64,000 bases of DNA from the NCBI GenBank assembly GCA_964372495.1, contig CAYJQU010000003.1, positions 79,042 through 143,041 on the forward strand. The letters are read 5' to 3'. The notes under the pieces were generated by a model. The model did no database searches, was not told the DNA's origin, and was given only the letters and a program-made list of their open reading frames with translations. A program made the position numbers and the translations under genes. This DNA is from an uncultured Gammaproteobacteria bacterium (lineage in GTDB: Bacteria > Patescibacteriota > Microgenomatia > JAUYPR01). Positions 1 through 9,223 of this stretch are shown one piece after another. Within the stretch, counting starts at the first letter, position 1. Every line of letters begins with the position of its first letter.

Positions 1-1
1 G

Positions 2-211
2 GCAGGGGTTGCGGAAGTCAAGATTTGTTTGGATAAGAAACTGCTTGACGAAAATGGCGTTCCTGAAGTGTACCTGTACGGAACCGAGCCTACCGAGCGA
101 TGCAACCCCGAACCCTCGCCCAGCCCGACGACAGAGCCGAGTCCAACTCCGGAATTCACACCTCCGCTAGAACCGTCGCCTGAGCCGACTCCCACCCCAC
201 CGACCACGTAA
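2..211 (+). CDS. 3' fragment of a gene starting upstream of the window; Pro/Thr/Glu-rich low-complexity C-terminal tail
   Basis: ORF runs in from the window edge; tail EPSPSPTTEPSPTPEFTPPLEPSPEPTPTPP is typical of a surface or linker region. Confidence 0.3.
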   Translation, partial: AGVAEVKICLDKKLLDENGVPEVYLYGTEPTERCNPEPSPSPTTEPSPTPEFTPPLEPSPEPTPTPPTT

Positions 212-253
212 GGGGTTTACACCCATATTCTTTTCCGATAGACTACCTCTGTT

Positions 254-1642
254 GTGCAACTGAAACTGTTTAATTCGCTGACGCGTCGGGTGGAAGATTT
301 TAAACCGCTGGTCGAAGGAAAGGTTGACGTGTACTGCTGCGGACCGACGGTGTACAGCTCGATTCATATTGGAAACTTTCGGACGTACACAACCGCTGAT
401 ATTCTGGTACGCATGCTGACCTACCTGGGGTATACTGTGCAGTACATTATGAATATCACTGATGTTGGACACCTAACCGGTGACAATATCGGGGATGCCG
501 ATGTAGGCGAGGACCGTTTGGAGCAGGCAGCGCGGCGAGAGCGCAAAACTGCATGGGACATCTCCAAGACGTATACAGACGCGTTTCTTGTTGACTACGA
601 GAAACTGAATCTGAAAAAACCAGAGAAGTTTACTAAAGCCACCGACTATATACCAGAGCAAATTGCGCTTGTGCAGAAGCTCGCGGAAAAAGGGTATACG
701 TATCGCATTGATGATGGGATTTACTTTGACACAAGTAAATTTCCCGAGTACGGAAAGTTATCATTTCTGGATCTCAAAAATGTTCGTGCTGCAAGTCGCA
801 TTGAGCCAAACCTCCAAAAGAAAAACACTTCGGACTTTGCGCTCTGGAAGTTCTCGAAGCTAGGCGAACAGAGGCAGATGGAGTGGGACTCACCATGGGG
901 CAAAGGATTTCCAGGCTGGCACATCGAGTGTTCTGCCATGAGCATGAAGTATTTGGGGGAGACGTTCGATATCCATATTGGTGGCGAAGACCTTGCAGCT
1001 ACACACCACCCGAATGAGATCGCCCAATCAGAGGCTGCAACCGGCAAGCCATTTGTGCGCCACTGGATGCACGGCGCGTTTCTCCTAGTTGATGGAGGAA
1101 GAATGGGCAAGTCATTGGGCAACGCATATACAGTGTCCGATGTTGAACAGCGTGGGTTTGACCCGCTTACCGTGCGATATTTGTATCTGACCGCTCATTA
1201 TCGAGACAAGCTGAATTTCACCTGGAAGAGTTTAGAAGCGGCTCAGCATGCACTGGATAACTTGCGAGACATGGTGAGAACGTGGGATGCACCTCGAATC
1301 GGCTGTGCCGAGTATGAACAGCAATTTGCTACAAGCTTAATGAATGATTTAGCAACACCGCAGGCACTGGCCACACTGTGGGATATGGTCAAGAGTGAGT
1401 ATCCCACGAGCGCAAAACACGCTTCGCTTCTTAAAATGGACGAGGTGTTCGGCCTTCGACTTAGTCAGGTGCAGAAACAACCGCTCACCCGAGACGAGCA
1501 ACGTCTACTTGCGGAACGTGAGGAAGCGCGCAAGAGGAGAGATTTTAGCACTGCCGACAGGATTCGTGCCACCTTAGAAAAAGCTGGCCTTATCATCGAA
1601 GATACTGTCCAAGGACCCAAATGGAGACGCAAACGCCGGTAA
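254..1642 (+). CDS. cysS: cysteinyl-tRNA synthetase
   Basis: GTG start; CGPTVY..HIGN (HIGH-like) and GRMGKSLGN (KMSKS) class I motifs; N-terminus MQLKLFNSLTR resembles CysS; 462 aa. Confidence 0.9.
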   Translation: MQLKLFNSLTRRVEDFKPLVEGKVDVYCCGPTVYSSIHIGNFRTYTTADILVRMLTYLGYTVQYIMNITDVGHLTGDNIGDADVGEDRLEQAARRERKTAWDISKTYTDAFLVDYEKLNLKKPEKFTKATDYIPEQIALVQKLAEKGYTYRIDDGIYFDTSKFPEYGKLSFLDLKNVRAASRIEPNLQKKNTSDFALWKFSKLGEQRQMEWDSPWGKGFPGWHIECSAMSMKYLGETFDIHIGGEDLAATHHPNEIAQSEAATGKPFVRHWMHGAFLLVDGGRMGKSLGNAYTVSDVEQRGFDPLTVRYLYLTAHYRDKLNFTWKSLEAAQHALDNLRDMVRTWDAPRIGCAEYEQQFATSLMNDLATPQALATLWDMVKSEYPTSAKHASLLKMDEVFGLRLSQVQKQPLTRDEQRLLAEREEARKRRDFSTADRIRATLEKAGLIIEDTVQGPKWRRKRR

Positions 1643-2262
1643 CTTCACTTATACCATGGAAAGCTCTCATAGTAGGCATCCTGCTGAGCGTAGTCGTTGC
1701 TGACCTCGTGGTACTCAACATACTTGTTTTGCGGAAACAGTCGGCTCCGCAGGAGGTTGTTGTATCAGGTGTTACACCGCAAACATGTCCCAGCGCATGT
1801 ATTGCCGCGATTACAGAAGCAACCGCCTCCGTCGCTCTCCCTACCATATATCCTGTCCCGTCTCCTGTCGCTACCCAGGCGCCGTCTCGGGCGGAGCCTC
1901 GGGAGTACTACATACCTTTGGGTGGTGGACTTTCGACGAGTAAGCGTGACTGGACTGACATGGTAGGCGTGGAAACGTATATAAACAGTGCTAAATATTC
2001 AGGGAGGCTAACAGTAACGTGGGATGCCACCCTCAAGATACTATCAGGGAACGGTGTTGCATACGCACGACTCGTCAACGTGACTGATAATCAAATACTC
2101 TACGAAACGGAAATTTCTGGGAGTGCAGAAAATGGTGTACGGGTGGAGTCATCGCCGTTTAAACTTGCACAGGGTAACAAATTATACCGCGTACAATTAA
2201 AAAGTAATACTGGCTACGAAGCAACGATCGCATCAGGAAGAATCAAAATTGTTATCGAGTAA
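1621..2262 (+). CDS. hypothetical membrane-anchored protein (single N-terminal TM helix)
   Basis: hydrophobic stretch LIVGILLSVVVADLVVLNILVL followed by a soluble domain; overlaps cysS by 22 nt. Confidence 0.4.
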   Translation: METQTPVTSLIPWKALIVGILLSVVVADLVVLNILVLRKQSAPQEVVVSGVTPQTCPSACIAAITEATASVALPTIYPVPSPVATQAPSRAEPREYYIPLGGGLSTSKRDWTDMVGVETYINSAKYSGRLTVTWDATLKILSGNGVAYARLVNVTDNQILYETEISGSAENGVRVESSPFKLAQGNKLYRVQLKSNTGYEATIASGRIKIVIE

Positions 2263-3403
2263 TAAAAAGATCCTTTTTTATCTCCTTGGCTGGAGAGCGT
2301 TACTATTTGGGATAGCAGCTTCCGCCCCGCTGATTCTTGGTTTTGCACCTACTTTTCCCTACAGCGAGCGGCTTCTCGCTACCGGATTACCATCTTGGAT
2401 TGTCTCCTTTGCTCATTTTGACGGCGTGCATTACCTCGGTATTGCCGAGACTGTGTATGGTGCGTATTTTACCCAGGCATTTTTTCCACTCTATCCGCTC
2501 GTTGTCTGGCTGGTGCAACATTTATTCTTTTTTCTCACCGACTCGTGGACTCGGTTGATTCTTTCTGGTTTACTTGTCTCGCACGTGGCCTTTCTGACCG
2601 CGACGTTGCTATACATCAGACTATATCGGCTAGAATTCCCTACACTTCTGGTGGGACGTCCCCTTGTAGCGATGCTCCTGTTTCCCACGGCGTTTTATTT
2701 TGGCAGCGTGTACTCCGAGTCGCTCTTCCTGGCCCTTGTACTGGGGTCTTTCCTTCTGATGCGTAAGAAACATTTTTTCTCAGCGGCTGTTCTCGTGGGA
2801 TTTGCAACAGCAACCCGTTTGGTTGGCATGGCGCTCGTGCCCGCACTTGCTATAGAGTACTTCCTTGCTCACCGGAAAGTATGGGCGAGCGTGCACACCG
2901 TGTGGCTTACTATTCTGGTAGGAATAGCGTGCACCGGTATCATTGCGTATAGTCTCTTTCTTGGACACCGATTCGGGGATCCGCTGCTCTTTGCGCATGT
3001 CCAGGGGGCGTTTGGCGCAGAACGTACTACAGGTAGTTTCGTCAGCTTACCACAAGTGTTCTACCGATACATAAAAATACTCACGACAGTTCCGCTTGCA
3101 TCCTACTCTTTTTTTGTTGCCGCGCTTGAGTTCTGCATGATGGTCCTTGGCCTTCTTGGACTCCTTGCGGCGTTTCGTCTGCGTATACGTAGCTCCTACC
3201 TGGTTTTTAGTGCGATTGCAATTTTGTTACCAACATTGACTGGCACATTCACTTCGATAGGGCGGTATCTGTTGCCGGCGTTTCCGCTCTACTGGGTCAT
3301 TGCCATGTTGCCTTTGCGTATATGGCGCGTTTGGGCGGTAGTTAGTGGGATTGCGCTTGTTTTGTTTACCGCTCTCTTTGCCTCCGGTCGCTGGATTGCA
3401 TAA
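2249..3403 (+). CDS. multi-pass integral membrane protein, GT-C-type glycosyltransferase-like (PMT/ArnT/DUF2029-like)
   Basis: 384 aa with roughly 10 hydrophobic segments; conserved-looking SFAHFDGVHYLGIAE loop; TTG start as translated in the ORF track, start uncertain. Confidence 0.4.
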   Translation: MLSSNKKILFYLLGWRALLFGIAASAPLILGFAPTFPYSERLLATGLPSWIVSFAHFDGVHYLGIAETVYGAYFTQAFFPLYPLVVWLVQHLFFFLTDSWTRLILSGLLVSHVAFLTATLLYIRLYRLEFPTLLVGRPLVAMLLFPTAFYFGSVYSESLFLALVLGSFLLMRKKHFFSAAVLVGFATATRLVGMALVPALAIEYFLAHRKVWASVHTVWLTILVGIACTGIIAYSLFLGHRFGDPLLFAHVQGAFGAERTTGSFVSLPQVFYRYIKILTTVPLASYSFFVAALEFCMMVLGLLGLLAAFRLRIRSSYLVFSAIAILLPTLTGTFTSIGRYLLPAFPLYWVIAMLPLRIWRVWAVVSGIALVLFTALFASGRWIA

Positions 3404-3431
3404 ACTCTTGTGCTGACGCTTCAGGAATTGA

Positions 3432-3457
3432 TGTTCAATATATCAGTATATTGAACA
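3432..3457. promoter_or_regulatory. perfect 26-bp palindrome TGTTCAATATA-TCAG-TATATTGAACA, candidate operator upstream of the EndoQ-like gene
   Basis: 11-bp arms are exact reverse complements; lies about 45 bp upstream of a TAGAAT -10-like hexamer at 3500-3505. Confidence 0.4.
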
Positions 3458-3513
3458 TAGAGGAGATGGTCTGTCAAACTGTCTAGCATAGTAATGCGGT
3501 AGAATGGTGTACT

Positions 3514-4854
3514 GTGCGTATGCAGCAAATGGTGACTGATCTCCATATCCATTCACACTTCTCTCGGGCAACCTCCAAACAGATGACATTGCCGGTTATG
3601 AGTAAGTGGGCGCGAAAGAAGGGTATTGATATTGTTGGTACCGGCGACTTCACACACCCTGTGTGGTTTGCAGAGCTGCAGGAATATCTGGAGGAGAGCA
3701 GCCAAGGTCTCTACCGATTGAAGGATAGGAAGGCAGACAAGACCCGATTCCTTGTCACGGGAGAGATCAACTCTATCTTTTCGCAGGAAGGTAAGGTCTA
3801 TCGCGTCCATGTGTTACTCCTTGTTCCGTCGCTTGCTGATGCTCTCGCATTGCGTAGTGCTTTTGCACGTAAAGGGATGAATTTGTCTGCTGATGGGCGA
3901 CCAATAACTGGGCTATCAACGCGATCCCTCTTTACGCTTGTGCGAGAAATTTCGCCACGTACAATGCTTATCCCGGCGCACGCGTGGACACCATGGTATG
4001 GCGTATACGGGTCGAATGGCGGCTTTAACTCTCTATCTGAGGCGTTTGGCGATCTTGCTCCCGAGATTGCCGCAGTGGAGACGGGAATGAGTAGTGACCC
4101 AGTGATGAATTGGCGTATAGCTGAGCTTGATGGGAGAGCAATGGTGTCCTTCGGAGACGCCCATAGCCCAAGTAAGCTTGGTCGAGAGGCTACTGTCGTA
4201 GCGATACCCGGAGAGATGAGTTTCAATTCTGTGGTGTCTGCTTTAAGCCAGCCGTATGTGCTCGATGAGGCAGTTCCCCAGATTGCATACACAATTGAGT
4301 TTTTTCCACAGGAGGGGAAATATCATTATACGGGCCATCGCAACTGTAATGTTATCCAGAGTCCGCAGCAGACCAAAGAAAAGGGATATACGTGTCCCGT
4401 GTGCGATAGGAAGCTCACCGTAGGGGTTATGCATCGCGTGGAGGAGTTGGCAAGCCGTACACAGGCAGAGGTGCGTGTCGCCAAAAAGCCTGTTGAAGGG
4501 ACAGCAGTTGCCGGTATATACTCGGAAACCTTTAGTCGCCGGCCGCCATATATTACCCTCGTTCCACTGGTAGAAATTTTGGCTGAATCAATAGCTGTAT
4601 CAGTTGCAAGCAAAAAAGTAGCAGACCTCTATAATCTCCTGGTTGTGCACTTTGGAACAGAATTTAATCTGCTGCTATCGGCAGGCCAGGAAGAGATCGA
4701 GCGCGTTGCTGGATCCAAAATCGCCGAAGGCGTCCAGAGGGTTCGCGAGGGAGCCATCACTGTTGATCCTGGATACGATAGCGTATATGGCAAGGTTGCC
4801 ATTTGGCCGGCAGCAAAGGCAAAGGATCGCACACCCCAGATTGCACTTTTTTAA
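3514..4854 (+). CDS. PHP-domain nuclease, endonuclease Q (EndoQ)-like with C-terminal Cys cluster
   Basis: N-terminal DLHIHSHFSRATS PHP metal-binding motif; GTGDFTHP; C-terminal CPVCDRK...C cluster (zinc-finger-like); alternative ATG starts at 3520 and 3529. Confidence 0.5.
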   Translation: MRMQQMVTDLHIHSHFSRATSKQMTLPVMSKWARKKGIDIVGTGDFTHPVWFAELQEYLEESSQGLYRLKDRKADKTRFLVTGEINSIFSQEGKVYRVHVLLLVPSLADALALRSAFARKGMNLSADGRPITGLSTRSLFTLVREISPRTMLIPAHAWTPWYGVYGSNGGFNSLSEAFGDLAPEIAAVETGMSSDPVMNWRIAELDGRAMVSFGDAHSPSKLGREATVVAIPGEMSFNSVVSALSQPYVLDEAVPQIAYTIEFFPQEGKYHYTGHRNCNVIQSPQQTKEKGYTCPVCDRKLTVGVMHRVEELASRTQAEVRVAKKPVEGTAVAGIYSETFSRRPPYITLVPLVEILAESIAVSVASKKVADLYNLLVVHFGTEFNLLLSAGQEEIERVAGSKIAEGVQRVREGAITVDPGYDSVYGKVAIWPAAKAKDRTPQIALF

Positions 4855-4908
4855 CTCATTATTGCTCTTTATGCTACAATCGGCACACCTGCGGTACAAG
4901 GTACAGGT

Positions 4909-5643
4909 ATGACGATACAGGCGATCAAGAGCGAGAAAGTGGAACCGGGACGTGGTGACTTGTCATCTCTGCTCAATAAGTACGTACCCCCACTTCCAGA
5001 GCGGTCAGTTCTGGCGGTGACCTCAAAGATCGTATCGATTTGTGAAGGGAACGTGGTCAAAATAGGGGAAGTGGACAAAGACCAGCTTATCAAGAAGGAG
5101 GCGCAAAGGTACCTCCCGCGTTCTTCAAGTAAGTACAATGTGTGCCTCACAATAACAAAAAACGCACTGGCGGCAAGCGCTGGTATTGATGAGTCGAACG
5201 GCAATGGCTATTATGTTCTGTGGCCGCAAAATCCTCAACAGAGCGCAAATCAGGTCCGCTCGTATCTTACTAAAAGATTTGGGCTAACCCATGTGGGAGT
5301 TATACTGACGGACAGTAAGACAACACCTCTACGCTGGGGGGTAACTGGCTTTGCCTTGGCGCACTCAGGATTTGAAGCTATAAAGGATTATATCGGCACG
5401 CCGGATCTCTTTGGTCGTCTCTTTGAGTACGAGAAAGTAAACGTTGCGGATAGCCTAGCTGCCTCAGCCGTGGTGGTTATGGGGGAAGGGGCCGAACAGA
5501 CACCGCTTGCGGTCATAGAAGACGTGCCGTATGTAACATTTCAAGATCGCGATCCGACACCGGATGAATTACAGACAGCTCAGATTGACATTGAAGACGA
5601 TCTGTATGCTCCGCTTTTGACAAGCGTGCGGTGGAGGAGCTAA
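4909..5643 (+). CDS. CofE-like gamma-glutamyl ligase family protein (F420-0:gamma-glutamyl ligase homologue)
   Basis: 244 aa; VLAVTSKIVSICEG and GIDESNGNG...VGVILTDS segments resemble the CofE/FolC-like gamma-glutamyl ligase fold. Confidence 0.5.
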   Translation: MTIQAIKSEKVEPGRGDLSSLLNKYVPPLPERSVLAVTSKIVSICEGNVVKIGEVDKDQLIKKEAQRYLPRSSSKYNVCLTITKNALAASAGIDESNGNGYYVLWPQNPQQSANQVRSYLTKRFGLTHVGVILTDSKTTPLRWGVTGFALAHSGFEAIKDYIGTPDLFGRLFEYEKVNVADSLAASAVVVMGEGAEQTPLAVIEDVPYVTFQDRDPTPDELQTAQIDIEDDLYAPLLTSVRWRS

Positions 5644-5782
5644 TGCCAAAATTGGTATAATTCTTTCATGAAAGTTTTTGGAGGTAGGGAAAGTAAGTGT
5701 AAAGTGAAAAGTGCAAAGTAGGTGAGGCAAAAAATACTAGTTGATTTATAAGTCATATGGTTGTATTATGATATTCATAAAC

Positions 5783-5820
5783 GCCTCAGCCAGTACCGTA
5801 AGGTCCGCTGAGGTTTTTTG
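5783..5820 (+). terminator. rho-independent terminator (GCCTCAGC...GCTGAGG stem plus T6)
   Basis: stem CCTCAGC/GCTGAGG followed by TTTTTT at 5814-5819. Confidence 0.55.
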
Positions 5821-5858
5821 TTGTCCTGCAAGACTTGCTCATTTGGTATAATTTCCTC

Positions 5859-6170
5859 ATGTCAAAAACCATACTCTTCATTGATGGTGAAAATTTTCTC
5901 CATGAAATAGAAGATGTTTTGAAGAAAGAATCCAAAGAGAAGGGATTTCCCGAAACGGTAAATTTGGACTTTAATAAATTATTTTCAGGCGCATTAAAAG
6001 GATTAAACCCTTCAAGAAAAATCTTTTACAGTGCTAAGTTACATTTTAATACAGAAACCCTTAAAAAATCCCGTGAGCTTATTAAAGCCCAAAGAAAACT
6101 CATTAATAATTTGAGGAATCAAAAATTTGAAAAGGAAAAGAGGAATAGAGGTTATCTATTTAGGTTTTGA
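5859..6170 (+). pseudogene. truncated NYN/LabA-like domain gene (likely remnant) in a low-GC islet
   Basis: MSKTILFIDGENFLHEIE matches the NYN (LabA-like) N-terminal strand; only about 104 aa; the rest of the domain is missing before ychF; local GC is far below the flanks; extended -10 TGGTATAAT is 6 nt upstream of the ATG, implying a leaderless transcript. Confidence 0.35.
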
Positions 6171-6272
6171 AATGAGCCCAAATAAAGGCTTAACTTTTAC
6201 AACCAACAGGACTATACTTCTGAGAAATTCTGAGGTTGTGGATGCTGGTAATAAAAGTGAGGAAAATGGAAA

Positions 6273-7349
6273 ATGAGTTTAAAGGTTGGGATAATCGGGC
6301 TTCCTAATGTGGGAAAGTCTACATTATTTAATGCCCTTTTGAGAAAGAGAGTGGCTTTATCTGCCAATTACCCTTTTGCCACCGTTGAGCCAAATAGAGG
6401 TATTGTGCCGGTATCGGATGAGAGGTTGCAGAAGATAGCTGAAGTAGTGAAAGAAGAAGAAAAGATGCAAGAACCACCGCCGATAATGCCGGCCGTTGTT
6501 GAGTTTGTGGACATTGCCGGCTTGGTGAAAGGCGCTCATCAGGGAGAAGGTTTGGGCAATCAGTTTTTATCTCACATTAGGGAGGTGGATGCTCTGGTGC
6601 ACGTGTTACGAGACTTCCACGATGATCAGGTGGTACAGGTAGGAGCCGAGGATCCAGTGTCGGATAGGGCAGTTGTGGAGACGGAACTGGCACTTGCTGA
6701 TCTGCCGGTGGTAGATAAGCTGATCGAGCATGCGAAAGACCAGGGGAAATTGGTACCGATTTTGGAAGATATCAAGCTGAAGCTGGAGCAGGGGAGATCG
6801 GTTAACGAATATCAAGTGGAGGATAAGAAATTAAGTAATTGGGTAAAGCAGTTACCGCTTCTTTGTATAAAGCCTGTTTTATATGTGCATAATGTAGATG
6901 AGCAGGGGTACGCGGGCAAGCTGCGAAACACATCGCCGGCCGGCGACCATACTACAGTGGTTATTTCTGCAAGACTTGAGGAAGAACTGGCTGACTTGAC
7001 TGATGAGGAGAGGACCGCATACCTGGCAGAATTAGGGATTGGCGAAACAGGGCTCGAGCGATTGATCAAGAAGGCCTATCAGATGCTCAGCCTCATTTCG
7101 TTTTTCACTGCAGGAAGGAAAGAGATACGAGCCTGGAGTATCCTCTTTGGAACGAGCGCAGCTGCAGCGAGTGGCGTGATACACTCCGACTTTGAACAGC
7201 ACTTTATTAAAGCAGAGGTGGTAGCCTTTGCAGATTTCCTCGCGTCCGGTGGCTGGAAAGGAGCCAAAGCTTTGGGAAAGATTAGTTTCCAAGGCAGAGA
7301 CTATATGATGCAGGACGGGGACGTGGTTTTGTTCCGAGTGAACGCTTAG
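6273..7349 (+). CDS. ychF: ribosome-binding ATPase YchF (Obg-family GTPase)
   Basis: GIIGLPNVGKSTLFNAL P-loop; 358 aa; C-terminal TGS-like end ...DGDVVLFRVNA. Confidence 0.9.
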   Translation: MSLKVGIIGLPNVGKSTLFNALLRKRVALSANYPFATVEPNRGIVPVSDERLQKIAEVVKEEEKMQEPPPIMPAVVEFVDIAGLVKGAHQGEGLGNQFLSHIREVDALVHVLRDFHDDQVVQVGAEDPVSDRAVVETELALADLPVVDKLIEHAKDQGKLVPILEDIKLKLEQGRSVNEYQVEDKKLSNWVKQLPLLCIKPVLYVHNVDEQGYAGKLRNTSPAGDHTTVVISARLEEELADLTDEERTAYLAELGIGETGLERLIKKAYQMLSLISFFTAGRKEIRAWSILFGTSAAAASGVIHSDFEQHFIKAEVVAFADFLASGGWKGAKALGKISFQGRDYMMQDGDVVLFRVNA

Positions 7350-7398
7350 TAGGAAAAGTTCCACTATTGCGACCTGATATGATATACTCAAAGAGAGG

Positions 7399-7710
7399 AT
7401 GATGTACGAATTAGTGGTGGTTACGGTCCCGGATTTGTCGGAAACAGAACGCGAGGGCCTGATCGATTCAATACGAAAGGCTGCGGAAAAATCTGATGGA
7501 TCTATCATGCAGACTGATGTGTGGGGAAAACGCCAGCTTGCCTATCCTATCAAGCGGTATCATGAAGGAGTATATGTGCTTTTGACCCTCACAGGCGGAG
7601 CCAAACTTTCCAAAAGTATTGTGGCGCATTTAAAGCAAGAAGAAAGAGTAATTCGTCACCTGATAGTACAGAAGGAGGAGGAGAAAGCACGCAAAAGATC
7701 GCGTGCTTGA
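7399..7710 (+). CDS. rpsF: 30S ribosomal protein S6
   Basis: MYELVVV...WGKRQLAYPI signature; first gene of the conserved rpsF-ssb-rpsR arrangement. Confidence 0.85.
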   Translation: MMYELVVVTVPDLSETEREGLIDSIRKAAEKSDGSIMQTDVWGKRQLAYPIKRYHEGVYVLLTLTGGAKLSKSIVAHLKQEERVIRHLIVQKEEEKARKRSRA

Positions 7711-7716
7711 AACTGT

Positions 7717-8274
7717 ATGGCGAGCCGTTCACTGAACCTTGTGCAGCTTATAGGGAACCTGACGCGGGATCCTGAGCTTCGATATATACCTCAGGGTACT
7801 GCTGTCTGCTCCTTTTCAATCGCGACCAATCGATCCTGGGTGCCGGCTGACGGTAGCGAGCGCCGCGAGGAAACTGAGTACCATCGCATAGTCGCATGGA
7901 ATAAGCTTGCCGAACTCTGCAGCCAGTTGTTGTCTAAAGGAAGAAAAGTGTATGTGTCAGGTAGGTTGCAAACTAGGCAGTGGGAAACACCGGATGGGCA
8001 AAACCGTGAACGCACCGAAGTAGTAATTGACGACATGATTATTTTGGACAGGCGGGTGCAAGATGCACCACGGGTTGCCGAGGCAGTTACCTCTGACGTG
8101 ACGCAGACTAGCGCTGCGCAAGCGGGAGATGATATCCAAGCTCCAGCTACAGCGACGTCTCAGACTTCTCCAAGTACATCAACTGTGTCTGATGGGGACG
8201 AGGGTAAGGGCAAGGAGACAAAAAAGGCAAATGCGGAAACCGACATCGTGGACATCGATGATATTCCGTTTTAA
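7717..8274 (+). CDS. ssb: single-stranded DNA-binding protein
   Basis: OB-fold N-terminus LNLVQLIGNLTRDPELRY; low-complexity tail ending DDIPF. Confidence 0.9.
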   Translation: MASRSLNLVQLIGNLTRDPELRYIPQGTAVCSFSIATNRSWVPADGSERREETEYHRIVAWNKLAELCSQLLSKGRKVYVSGRLQTRQWETPDGQNRERTEVVIDDMIILDRRVQDAPRVAEAVTSDVTQTSAAQAGDDIQAPATATSQTSPSTSTVSDGDEGKGKETKKANAETDIVDIDDIPF

Positions 8275-8276
8275 AG

Positions 8277-8561
8277 ATGATACGTGATTCTCAGAAATCG
8301 GATAGACCGAAAAAGCATGGTAGCCGCCCAGACTCTCGCCCAAACCGTTACTACCGGCGAAAAGTATGTGTATTTTGCACGAACGGCTGGATCCCGGATT
8401 ATAAAAATGCTGCCCTGCTTCGCAGATTCATTACAGAGCGTGGCAAAGTCATGGGTCAGGCCAAAAGCGGTACGTGTGCCCGGCACCAGCGTCAGGTCGC
8501 GCTCCAGATAAAGCGTGCTCGCCATCTGGGCCTCCTTCCGTTTACGGCTCGGGTTTTGTAG
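8277..8561 (+). CDS. rpsR: 30S ribosomal protein S18
   Basis: CVFCTN...GTCARHQRQVALQIKRARHLGLLPF matches the S18 signature. Confidence 0.9.
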   Translation: MIRDSQKSDRPKKHGSRPDSRPNRYYRRKVCVFCTNGWIPDYKNAALLRRFITERGKVMGQAKSGTCARHQRQVALQIKRARHLGLLPFTARVL

Positions 8562-8584
8562 CAACTGTAAAAGATAATCGTACG

Positions 8585-9223
8585 GTGTATTCTATACCTG
8601 CCGAACATATTGAACGATGGCTTCCTTTGATCGTCGACCGACTAACGATTGAGGACACCCTTGAAAATCGCGCTTTGTACCCCGACACCGTACCGGATTC
8701 TTTTCGAGAACTACTGATAGAGCAAGCCTGTTGTATAGAACTGGTGCGGAGGCAACATCGGTCGGCAGGAAGTACCAGTGTGCTAAACGCCCATGCATTA
8801 CTTACTGCGGTTGCCACTGACGAAATCGACTTATTGTGGCTTGCGCTTAATGGTTATGAACCTATCGGTGTTACTACCGTATATGATCACAAGCGGCAGC
8901 CAATCGGGGTGACACTCAGTATTGGGGATATCAATCGTCCGCTTTCTGTGACAGTTGATCAGGACACGACCGAGCATCTTACTATACAGATTGCGCCCAA
9001 TACGCTCTTTTTACTGCCCCCGCAACTGCTCGGTGTATCTCGCGTCCTTACTGCACATCACGAAGTTTTGGAGCAGGGGTTATCGGTTCCTGCGGAGTTA
9101 CCACTCGTTATTGATACGCGTCCCCGTCCACTGACCTTCGATTCTATACCGGCTGGCTCACGAAGCATGATAAGTTTGTGGAGGCGGTCATTGGGTTTGC
9201 CGGTGAGGGAGCGTTTACGATGA
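8585..9223 (+). CDS. hypothetical protein (start uncertain; GTG at 8585 chosen to avoid an 88-nt overlap with rpsR)
   Basis: long ORF in a coding-like frame; stop TGA overlaps the ATG of the next gene (ATGA), implying translational coupling. Confidence 0.3.
   Translation: MYSIPAEHIERWLPLIVDRLTIEDTLENRALYPDTVPDSFRELLIEQACCIELVRRQHRSAGSTSVLNAHALLTAVATDEIDLLWLALNGYEPIGVTTVYDHKRQPIGVTLSIGDINRPLSVTVDQDTTEHLTIQIAPNTLFLLPPQLLGVSRVLTAHHEVLEQGLSVPAELPLVIDTRPRPLTFDSIPAGSRSMISLWRRSLGLPVRERLR

Noticed and set aside
5668-5721. 17-codon ORF MKVFGGRESKCKVKSAK behind the first TGGTATAAT module
   Set aside because: Too short and compositionally unremarkable; more likely the relic of a duplicated gene start than a real peptide gene
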